This document shows, one piece after another, positions 23,956 through 55,606 of a DNA stretch of 64,000 nucleotides; the stretch's first letter is position 1; every line of letters starts with the position of its first letter. A model generated the notes under the pieces. It ran no database searches, was not told where the DNA came from, and was given only the letters and a program-made list of their open reading frames with translations. A program made the position numbers and the translations under genes. Source of the stretch: Anolis carolinensis (lineage: Eukaryota); contig NC_085843.1 in the NCBI RefSeq assembly GCF_035594765.1, positions 288,242,633-288,306,632 on the forward strand, read 5' to 3'.

Positions 23956-25119
23956 AGCCAGCAGGCCCTTGGGTTCCTGCATCACGCCTCTCTGTCGTGG
24001 CCCAGCCCTGCGGAGTGGCCCGCTTGCACTGTTGTATTGCCAAGAAAGCAGCTGAGTAGCCACCGAGACTTTTCTGTTAGGGACTGGAGATGGCCTCAGA
24101 AGGCAGCTTCGTGTAAAATCTGTGACCCCAGCTCATTCACTCTGCTCCTCTTCTTGGTTTGAAGGCACCCAGCGCCTCCTGCTTCCTGCTCTTCCCCGTG
24201 GCTGCTGATGTGCCAGACCCTCCAGTGAGGGAGATGCCCCTCGCCCTCCTCTCTCTGCCACTCGCTTCCTACCTGCACCCACTGCCTCAGTTGTTGTTCT
24301 CTGAGAAAGAGCGGCTGCACTGAACCAGGCAAGGGGCTGGTGCTTCCTCTGGCCCTTTGTGGTTGCGCTTGGGGTGTTAGAGTTGGGAAACCATGAGCCA
24401 ACCCCAACATGCGGTGTAGTTTTTTTCATGTCCTTGGCTGGTTTTTGTTCTGCCGTGGCTCTTTTTCCACCCTGCGGTGTGCCTCTCTGCCACCTAAGGC
24501 ATCCATTCACCATGCTGCTCTGCCGCACTGCTGGGGCCCAGGGAGAGGCCAGCGCTGGGGGTCTTTGCTGGGGGAGGAGAAGCTCAGGGAGGCTGGGCCC
24601 TCCTCCATCTGGGAATTGGCCTCGGAGAGGAGCAGCATCTGGGTGTCGAGGGAAGCCTCTGGCCAAGAAGGGAGGAGCTGGCTTAAGTCTTCCTTCTGAC
24701 TGCACTGGCTCAGAGAATATTTTTCCATGACTCCTTTTTAGATTTTGCGTAAATTCTGTATGTTTGCAGGACTCTGTATGACTGTGTAGATCTTATTTTA
24801 AGATGACATCTTGTTGTGTGTCCAAATAACACCTTGAGCTATTTTATCATTGTGTCAAACGGGGACTTTTTTCAAATGCCGGGCTCTAACTCTCTTGGAG
24901 GACTGTGCAATGTGTGTAACATAGTTATCAAACTTTAATTCAAGGAGGAGGGAAGCTGTAGAAAGGGTCTAAAAGAGCTGAGGCAGTGTTGGATTGCCTC
25001 AGGCAACCGGCTTGGATTTCTGTGCCCCCCCCCCCCCCACTCCCATCCAGTTGTGGCATTTCCATAAAGGAAAAGGCATTCTCTCCTCCCCCCCCCCCCC
25101 CCAAAGCCCTGGTAAATGT

Positions 25120-25432
25120 GTTGTCGAAGGCTTTCATGGCCAGTGGAAGAGGGAGACTCAAAGGATCAAGGGTTTAGAGAACAAGCCCTATGAGGAGCGG
25201 CTGAAAGAGCTGGGCATGTTTCTTCGAAGGCTTTCATGGCCAGGATCACAAGGTTGTTGTGTGTTTTCTGGGCTGTATGGCCATGTTCCAGAAATATTAT
25301 CTCCTGATGTTTCGCCCACATCTATATACCGCACAATCTCTGAGGATGCCTGCCATAGATGTGGGCGAAACATCAGGAGAGAGTACTTCTGGAACATGGC
25401 CATACAGCCCGGAAAACACACAACAACCCTGA
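25120..25432. mobile_element. Penelope fold-back insertion with a captured CR1 fragment and a degenerate hammerhead
   Basis: Inverted arms ~25252-25325 / 25355-25428; 12-bp TSD CCTGGTAAATGT at 25108-25119 and 25433-25444; CTGAGGA..GAAACATC at 25340-25374. Confidence 0.8.
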
Positions 25433-26023
25433 CCTGGTAAATGTTTGACATTTGTTGAGAGAGGCTGGGGCCTGGTAACTTGGCATCTGGGTGGAGTGAG
25501 CCTGACCTGCCTCCCTGGGAGGCTGCCCCCCCCTGCTCCCACTTGACCCCTTCATGTGCAAGACAATGGCCGGAGGGTAGCGGGGTTGGGAAGTGGAGGT
25601 TAGCTTGCGCCCTGTACAGCACTTGGATTATTGACACTCAATAAAACATCAAGCAACTAGTTGTTGAGGCCAGTGGTTGCAGAGCTCCTGACTGGGTTAT
25701 TCCTCCCCTACATGCATGCGCACGCACGCACACACACACGGGGGGGGGGGGAGGGGTGACAGTCAGAGAGGCCTGGCCCTGGTGGGGAAGGTGAGCAATC
25801 CCTGCGCTTGAGCAGCAGCAGCAGCTGGAACCCCCAGGATGCCTTTCTGCATGAGGTCTCTATTAAGAGGCTGAAACGTTTGGGGGGGGGGGGGGCGCGG
25901 CAAAGAGTTGCCCCAGCCTTTTCCAGAAGCTGCTGGGTCCGCCTGCCAGTCCCTTTCATTCTGAGGCATTTGGGGAATTGCAACCCTTGGTTTTGGTGGG
26001 ATGGAATCTTAGGATCATGGAAG

Positions 26024-26205
26024 TCATAGAATCATAGAATAGTAGAGTTGGAAGAGACCACATGGGCCATCCAGTCCAACCCCCTGCTAAGAAGCAGGAA
26101 ATCGCATTCAAAGCACCCCCGACAGATGGCCATCCAGCCTCTGCTTAAAAGCCTCCAAGGAAGGAGCCTCCACCACGGCCCCGGGGAGAGAGTTCCACTG
26201 TCGAA
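26024..26205 (-). mobile_element. CR1 LINE 3' end
   Basis: Near-exact reverse complement of 11990-12168, with (CATAGAAT)n tail. Confidence 0.85.
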
Positions 26206-27050
26206 CCTCCCTAGGACTTCCCTTCACGTATTTGTACATGGCTATCATGTCTCCATGAAGTCCAACCCTCATCTTTCTGCCAAGCAGGAAGGCTCCATTC
26301 AAGCACCCAGGGCAGATGGCCACCCAGCCTGTGTTCCAAGACCTCTGGGGAGGAGACCCCCGGGCAATCTGTTCCATTGCTGAACAACAGTTATCATTGC
26401 CAGGAGGTTCTTCCTCAGGTGGAGGGGGTCCCCTTTTCCTGCTGCTGAAACCCAAGGCTCCACTGTGTCCCTCAGGCCACGTTCTGCACCACCTTCCTTA
26501 GAGGAAGCAACTGGAAGCTGGGCTCCTATGTTGTGGGTACCGACCTGGTAGGGAGACCAAGATGCTTGTGCGTCAAGCCTTTGTCCTCCCAACTCTTCTT
26601 GTCACTCTCGGCTTCTGGAACAATTCCTTTAGTGTTGCCGCCAGAGAATCCTGCAAATCTCTTGGAAAGAAGGCGGATGAACATCAGCATCTGAAGATGG
26701 AGAGACCGTGACCCTCCGCCATCCCCTTCATTGGATCGAGTGCCCCGTTGTCTGAAGGCCCAGAGCAGTTGCTTTTCTCTCTGCTCATGAACAGAAAATG
26801 GCAAAAGAGACTTAATGGTGGGCTTAAAGGAAACCCAAACAAATGTGGGAAAATAACCGAAACTGGGAAGCCTGGGCCCTTGGAACCAGAAATCAGCTGC
26901 AAAGAGGCGCGACATCTGGAAATGCATGTCCTCTTTGTGAAAGACCAGCCCTGCAGACCCAGAACAGGCCTCCTTCACGCTCTGAACATTTTGGACACAG
27001 GAAAGGGTTTCGGAAGGCCAGCCACATACACATATTGGTAAGCAACAAAG

Positions 27051-27458
27051 GGAGCCCCTGGGGGCACATGGGGTTAAACCTTTGTGCTGGCAGGACTGCT
27101 GACCAAAAGGTCAGCGGTTCAAATTCGGGGAGACCGGGTGAGCTCCTGTCTGTCAGCTCCAGCTCCCCATGTGGGGACATGAGAGAAGCCTCCCACAGGA
27201 TGGAAACATCCGGGCCATGTCCCCTGGGCAACGTCTCTGTAGAAAGCCAATTCTCTCACACCAGAAGCCACTTGCAGTATGTTCTCAAGGTGAGCTCCCG
27301 TCTGTCAGCTCCAGCTTGGGGGACACGAGGGAAGCCTCCCATAAGGATGGTAACACATCAAACAGGGCAATGTCCACTGGGCAACGTCTTTGCAGACTGC
27401 TGATTCTCTCACACCAGAAGCGACTTGCAGTTTCTCAAGTCGCTCCTGACACGAAAAA
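27051..27458 (+). mobile_element. tRNA-derived SINE with an internal tandem duplication of its 3' half
   Basis: Head ggagcccctggggg..ggttaaac..ggttcaaattc; block ggtgagctcc..tctgtcagctccagct..ttctctcacaccagaagc..cttgcagt occurs twice (~27138-27288, 27289-27452). Confidence 0.75.
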
Positions 27459-27589
27459 CAAAACATCAAAATGGAGTGTTTGCCGTGGACGCTGCGGAAG
27501 AGGCTCCAGCTGCTCTCCACAAACCCGCGTGGTCTGGAAGGCTTGCCAGTGCTGCCCATGTTTTGGTTTTTATACCTCATTCATACACC

Positions 27590-28033
27590 TAAATATTCCC
27601 CGGGTGAGGCGGGGCCGCGAGTGGGAAAGGCCGAAGGAGGCCCTTTTCGCGGAGGTAGGCCGCAGGCAGCGGCTTCCGTTCAGCAGCCCCGGTTGCCAGG
27701 CAACGGCGCCCTGAGGGGCGGGGAGCGGAAGAGCTGTGGCGCCCCGCGATTGGGCCGCCGCCTCGGGCTTTCTCCCCAGCCATTGGCGCGCGGGCCTGCC
27801 ATTCAAGCGCGGGGCGGGGCCTGCGCGCGGGAAGCCCTCCCCGCTGTAGCGCGCGTTCCTCCATTGGCCAGTCCGGGCGGAACTCAGGGAGTGGGCGGGG
27901 CCGGGTGGGGCGAGGCGCGCGGGGGCTGCCGGGAAGAGGAAGCAGGCAGCTAAGCCCCGCCCCTCGGCTTCTCCCGCTTCCTCGGCCCGGAAAAGCGGAA
28001 AGAGAGGAAGGAAGGAGCCGGGCGAGGGCGAGG
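27590..28033 (+). promoter_or_regulatory. ACAP2 CpG-island promoter / 5' UTR
   Basis: CpG-dense; RFX X-box-like GTTGCCAGGCAAC at 27692-27704, three inverted CCAAT boxes (ATTGG ~27749, 27782, 27863), several GC boxes. Confidence 0.8.
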
Positions 28034-49299
<21,266 letters not shown>

Positions 49300-50149
49300 A
49301 GGGCCCTTGGGGCCGGATGGGGGGGGCCCTCCCCTCCCCCCCTCCCCCCCTCCCCCCCTCCCTCTGTGCCCCCTCCTCCCCGTGTACGGAGCTCCCCGCC
49401 CCTCCCCCTTTTTATACATAAACGCTGCTTTCATTAGACGTCTTGCCCTCTCTTTGCCCCTTTCAGGGGATGGGGGGGGGGGCTGTGTGTTGTGTTGGGA
49501 GGGGTCTTGGGTACGGGGAGGGCGGAGCATGAATTTGGAAGAGTTCTGGTTCTCCTCCTGCCAGGATTGCAACCTTTTTGAAAAGTATTTTTGAGCATGA
49601 TGCTCAGCTCGAAGTGACTACCACAAGCATCACTTGGGCAAAAAAGAGAGACCTAGAGGCCGGGAATTGGGGGGGGGGGGGCTCCAAGGGGCCTGCTCTC
49701 CCGCCCACCCCCTTCTGCCAGGCAGGAAGGTGCACAAACCAAACACCCCCAAGAGAGGCCCACCCAGCTTCTGTTGAGAAACCTCCAGAGAAGAAGGCTC
49801 CTCTGTTTCCTGGGGAGGGTTCCAGGAGAGGGGGACCGTGACTCCTCTTAATGCAGCCCAGAATCGCATTGGCCTTTTGAGCTGCTGCCTCACACCCTTG
49901 GCTCATGTTCAGTCATACATATTCGTATTGTGAAGCCATGGCTGTATTACTTTCCTCCATCCAGGCACTAAGTGCCTATGGATGCAGCCCTAGAATCGCA
50001 TTGGCCTCTTTCGCTGCTGCATCACCCTTTGGTTCCCTTTCCTCAGCCTCCCAGGCCCCTCCCCTTCCCAGGGCCTGATGCCTGAGCTCAGGGAGGGCAG
50101 GGCAAGGGAGGTGCCAGGGGGCCTTGAGAAAAGGGCTCTGCCGCCAAGG

Positions 50150-50932
50150 AAGAGGAGAAAAGTGGTCTTGCCAGACATCAAGGGAACCACTGACCACAGG
50201 GGGAAGCTGAAGAAGCACAACCTACAAACAGTCTACAGATTCACCAAGAAAATCCAGCAGATGCTCAGTTCAGCTGTGGACAAGTCTACAGAGGGAACAC
50301 CAAACGCAGCAATGCCCAAACACGAGTCAAGATACGGGAATGGCAGGCACTGCAGACTCACTCAACCAGAGAAGCCAGCCATGGCAAAGCACTTGAGGAA
50401 CGAACCTGGACACAGCATATTATCTGAAAACACAGAAATGGTGGACCACCCTCACAACCACCGTGTCAGGCGACACAGAGAAACCACTGAAATCCACAAG
50501 AAGCAGGTGGACAATGTCAACAGAAAGGAGGAAAGCATGAAAATGAACACAATCTGGTTCCCAGGATTTAAAAAAAACTCAACAGTAAATAAGGGACAAC
50601 ACTGAAAATGAATTCCTGGCAGGAAACAATCAGGGCCAGCTAACACCTCCCAACAAAGGATGCCCCCAGGCAGGAAGCAGCCAGGCTTTGAAGCTGTAAG
50701 GCTATTCAGTGCTAATTAAGGTGGCCAATGGCAACATTCGCACTTACCTCCAACAGACAAGAGTCCTTTCTCCCACCCTGGACATTATTCCACAGATATA
50801 TAAACTCCACTTGCCTAGTTTCCAACAAGACCTCGCAACCTCTGAGGATGCCTGCTATAATTGTGGGTGAAATGTCAGGAGAGAATGCTTCTGGAACATG
50901 GCCAGACCTCCCGGAAAACTCTCAACAACCCA
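50150..50932 (+). mobile_element. Penelope-like retroelement fragment: degenerate GIY-YIG endonuclease region plus pseudo-LTR with hammerhead motif
   Basis: KVVLPDIKGTTD..KKHNLQTVYRFTKKIQQML..; SCGQVYRG (decayed YIG, other frame); RHCRLTQPEK..HSILSENTEM..HRETTEIHK..NVNR. The 3' part is homologous to 28560-28955. Hammerhead core CTGAGGA..GAAATGTC at 50842-50876. Confidence 0.85.
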
Positions 50933-50989
50933 AGGAGGCGGGGTTTGGGGGGGGGGGCTGTATAGTTTTTCAAGCATTTTATTTTATTC

Positions 50990-51500
50990 TCTACGTCACG
51001 CAGGCCCTTCCCCTGCCGCCCCGCTAGGGGGAGCCCAGCCTTGTCCGTGCCCTTGCTTTCTCCCGGGGACGGGGCCCTCCTGATGCTCATTGGCTGCGTG
51101 ACGGCTGGGGGCGGGGCCTCTCCCGTCGCGTCTCCAATGGCGGCTTCCTTCTCCTTTCCCTGTGGGCGGGGCCAGCAGCGGTGTCATTTTCTTGTTCGTC
51201 ATTGGCTGCACGGCGATCGGGGGGCGTGGCCTCTCCGTCGCTTCTCCAATGGCGGCGCCCTTCTCCTGGGGCTTCCCTAAACCGCGCCTTTCCCTGTGGG
51301 CGGGGCCAGCAGCGGGTTCACTTTCCCGTTCGTCATTGGCTGCACGGCGGTCGGGGGGCGTGTCCTCCCGTGGCTTCTCCAATGGCGGCGCCCTCCTCCT
51401 TGGGCTCCTCTAGGCCGCGCCTTCTCCCGGGGGCGTGTCCAGGGGCGGGGCCATTCTCATTGGCTGCGTGCGGGCGGGGGCGTGTCTCCGCTCCGTTCCA
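50990..51500 (+). promoter_or_regulatory. XXYLT1 CpG-island promoter built from four repeated CATTGG / GC-box / CCAATGGCGGC modules
   Basis: cattggctgc at ~51088, 51200, 51334, 51458; ccaATGgcggc with ATG at 51137, 51249, 51382, 51501. Confidence 0.8.
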
Positions 51501-51996
51501 ATGGCGGCCTCCTGCCTGCCGCGGCCCTGCTGGCTGTTGGCGGCGGCGTCTCTGGCGGTGGCGCTGGGGCTCTACTACGCCGGGGGCCCCTCCTCGTGGG
51601 AAGCCGCTCCTCCTCCTCCTCGTTCTCCGCCGCGGGAGCTGCACGTGGGCTCGGTGCTGGCGCGGGCGGAGGGCCGCGCGGGGCTGGTGTGGCGGGCCGG
51701 GGCGGCGCTGCGCTCGCTGGCCGGGGCGGGGGCTCCGCGCCCGGGCACCGCCCTCGTCCTCCACCTCCTCACCGACGCCCAGAGCAGGGCCGCCGCCGAG
51801 CAGCTCGCCCGCCAGGCCCTCCACGGAGCCCCCTTCCCGCACAAGGTGCGCCGCCCCCAGGGAGCATGCGCAGAGCGGGGGTCGGGGTGGGTGTGTGGGA
51901 GTGAGTGAAGGAAGGCTCGTCAGGACCCCGTTCAGAAAGATTGAGGCCTCCCGGGAGTGCCCGCTTGCCTGCTGGGATGTGACAGAGATCAGAGAC

Positions 51997-52041
<45 letters not shown>

Positions 52042-52656
52042 TTTGTCAATGTCTATTGTTTCCAAATGCCGCTGAGATCTTTTTGGCACGGCACCCAATG
52101 TGCCAATTGAAACCAGTGCAGGTGGTCCCGGTGGTGATGGGCACGCTGGGTGCCGTGCCAAAAGATCTCAGCTGGCATTTGGAAACAATAGACATTGACA
52201 AAATTACGATCTGCCAACTGCAAAAGGCCACCCTACTGGGATCTGCACACATCATCAGAAAATACATCACACAGTCCGAGACACTTGGGAAGTGTTCGAC
52301 TTGTGATTTTGTGATACGAAATCCAGCATGACTATCTTGTTTGCTGTGTCATAGTAATAATAATAATAATAATAGACATTGACAAAATTACGATCTGCCA
52401 ACTGCAAAAGGCCACCCTGCTGGGATCTGCGCGCATCATCCGAAAATGCATCACACAGTCCTAGACACTTGGGAAGTGTTTGACTTGTGATTTTGTGATA
52501 TGAAATCCAGCATATCTATCTTGTTTGCTGTGTCATAATAAAATAATAATAATAATAATAATACATCACACAGTCCTAGACACTTGGGAAGTGTTTGACT
52601 TGTGATTTTGTGATACGAAGTCCAGCATATCTATCTTGTTTGCTGTGTCATAATAA

Positions 52657-52706
<50 letters not shown>

Positions 52707-52830
52707 TAATGGGATCTGCGCGCATCATCCGAAAATGCATCACACAGTCCTAGACACTTGGGAAGTGTTTGACTTGTGATTTTGTGATATGAAATCCAGC
52801 ATATCTATCTTGTTTGCTGTGTCATAATAA

Positions 52831-52865
<35 letters not shown>

Positions 52866-53114
52866 ATCACACAGTCCTAGACACTTGGGAAGTGTTTGAC
52901 TTGTGATTTTGTGATACGAAGTCCAGCATATCTATCTTGTTTGCTGTGTCATAATAAAATAATAATAATAATAATAATAATAATTAATGATAATGGGATC
53001 TGCGCGCATCATCCGAAAATGCATCACACAGTCCTAGACACTTGGGAAGTGTTTGACTTGTGATTTTGTGATATGAAATCCAGCATATCTATCTTGTTTG
53101 CTGTGTCATAATAA

Positions 53115-53161
<47 letters not shown>

Positions 53162-53285
53162 TAATGGGATCTGCGCGCATCATCCGAAAATGCATCACAC
53201 AGTCCTAGACACTTGGGAAGTGTTTGACTTGTGATTTTGTGATATGAAATCCAGCATATCTATCTTGTTTGCTGTGTCATAATAA

Positions 53286-53320
<35 letters not shown>

Positions 53321-53789
53321 TAATGGGATCTGCGCGCATCATCCGAAAATACATCACACAGTTCTGGACACTTGGGAAGTGTTTGACTTGTGATTTTGTG
53401 ATATGAAATCCAGCATATCTATCTTGTTTGCTGTGTCATAATAAAATAATAATAATAATAATACATCACACAGTCCTAGACACTTGGGAAGTGTTTGACT
53501 TGTGATTTTGTGATACGAAGTCCAGCATATCTATCTTGTTTGCTGTGTCATAATAAAATAATAATAATAATAATAATAATAATACATCACACAGTCCTAG
53601 ACACTTGGGAAGTGTTTGACTTGTGATTTTGTGATATGAAATCCAGCATATCTATCTTGTTTGCTGTGTCATAATAAAATAATAATAATAATAATACATC
53701 ACACAGTCCTAGACACTTGGGAAGTGTTTGACTTGTGATTTTGTGATACGAAGTCCAGCATATCTATCTTGTTTGCTGTGTCATAATAA

Positions 53790-53839
<50 letters not shown>

Positions 53840-54155
53840 ATCACACAGTCCTAGACACTTGGGAAGTGTTTGACTTGTGATTTTGTGATACGAAGTCCAG
53901 CATATCTATCTTGTTTGCTGTGTCATAATATAATAATAATAATAATAATACATCACACAGTCCTAGACACTTGGGAAGTGTTCGACTTGTGATTTTGTGA
54001 TACGAAATCCAGCATATCTATCTTGTTTGCTGTGTCATAATAAAATAATAATAATAATAATACATCACACAGTCCTAGACACTTGGGAAGTGTTCGACTT
54101 GTGATTTTGTGATACGAAATCCAGCATATCTATCTTGTTTGCTGTGTCATAATAA

Positions 54156-54195
<40 letters not shown>

Positions 54196-55558
54196 GGATC
54201 TGCACGCATCATCCGAAAATACATCACACAGTTCTGGACACTTGGGAAGTGTTCGACTTGTGATTTTGTGATATGAAATCCAGCATATCTATCTTGTTTG
54301 CTGTGTCATAATAAAATAATAATAATATTGACACAACGACCTATCCAGCATATCTATCTTGTTTGCTGTGACATAATAAAATAATAATAATAATAACAAT
54401 GACACAACAACATATCCAGCATAGCTATCTTGTTTGCTGTGTCATACAATGTTGTTGTGTCAATAATAATAATAATAATTTTATTTTTATACCCCGCCTC
54501 CATCTCCTCGGGGGGACTTGGGGCAGCTTACAAATACAAAACAAACATACAATAATATCAAATACCGAAAAACGCGCAAATGAAAATTAAAAGACATAAA
54601 ATAAAGTCACAATCATTAGTAATATACAAGTTAAAACACAGCAATGAGATCATAAAATGAACTGGGCAAAAGTGCATTAAGTGAGACTTGTAAACTTGAA
54701 GGAAGTTAAAAGTGCTATAAGATCATGGGGGAGAACCTTAAAATGAGGGGTGAACCCTGAGGCTATAACAAAAAAATTAACCATGCGGATGCAACCAATC
54801 AAATAGTAACCGCTAGTGTGAGAGTTTAACATGTTTACATCTGTTAACGTTGGCTGACTTGGTCAACCTTTGGGGACCCCCCCCCCTCCCCGTTTACATT
54901 AATCAGAGACCATGGCTCTTTCTTTCCAGTTAAGGAAATGTCTACAAAGTTGTTATCTATCTATTTATTTATTTAAAATATTTATATTCTGCCCTTCTCC
55001 AAAGGTGTGAGAAGGAGCACAACATGTACGTGGCACGCATTCCATGCCGGGACATAAAATAATTGTAAATTACACAAACATTAAAAACATTAAACATTAC
55101 AATCAGTTACAGCGTTCCCTCACTTATTGCTGGGGTTAGGTTCCAGGACCCCCCGCAATAAGTGAAAATCCACAAAGTAGGGACGCTGTATTTATTTTAG
55201 TAGTTATACACTATTTTAAGTCTTTATGAGCCAATCATGTGTTGATAAATTTCCTTCTCTGTGTTGTCGAAGGCTTTCCATTATTACATTGCACTTTATT
55301 GTCCATTTTAGCTGTGAAACTACCTCTCCCCATTTCGGAATATTCTGCACTTTGGCCTAGATCTATGAATTAGTCTCCTGTTTTTAACATTTTATGCTGC
55401 ATGTTGATGTTAATGACTTTTTTATTGATGCTGATGTTTTTATTGTTGGGATAATAGTGTTATTGTTTTGTTATTGTTATTATATTGTTGTATCGGGCAA
55501 GGCCCCATGTAAGCCACCCGAGGCCCTTCGGGGAGATGGGGCGGGGTATAAAAATAAA

Positions 55559-55606
<48 letters not shown>

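Noticed and set aside
50078-50605. 175-aa ORF as a host gene or domesticated nuclease
   Set aside because: Decayed Penelope endonuclease: the GIY segment is deleted and the YIG motif is mutated and out of frame.
51997-54480. CRISPR array
   Set aside because: Vertebrate intron; spacers are only (AAT)n, repeats are ~90-120 bp LINE 3' ends, and there are no cas genes.
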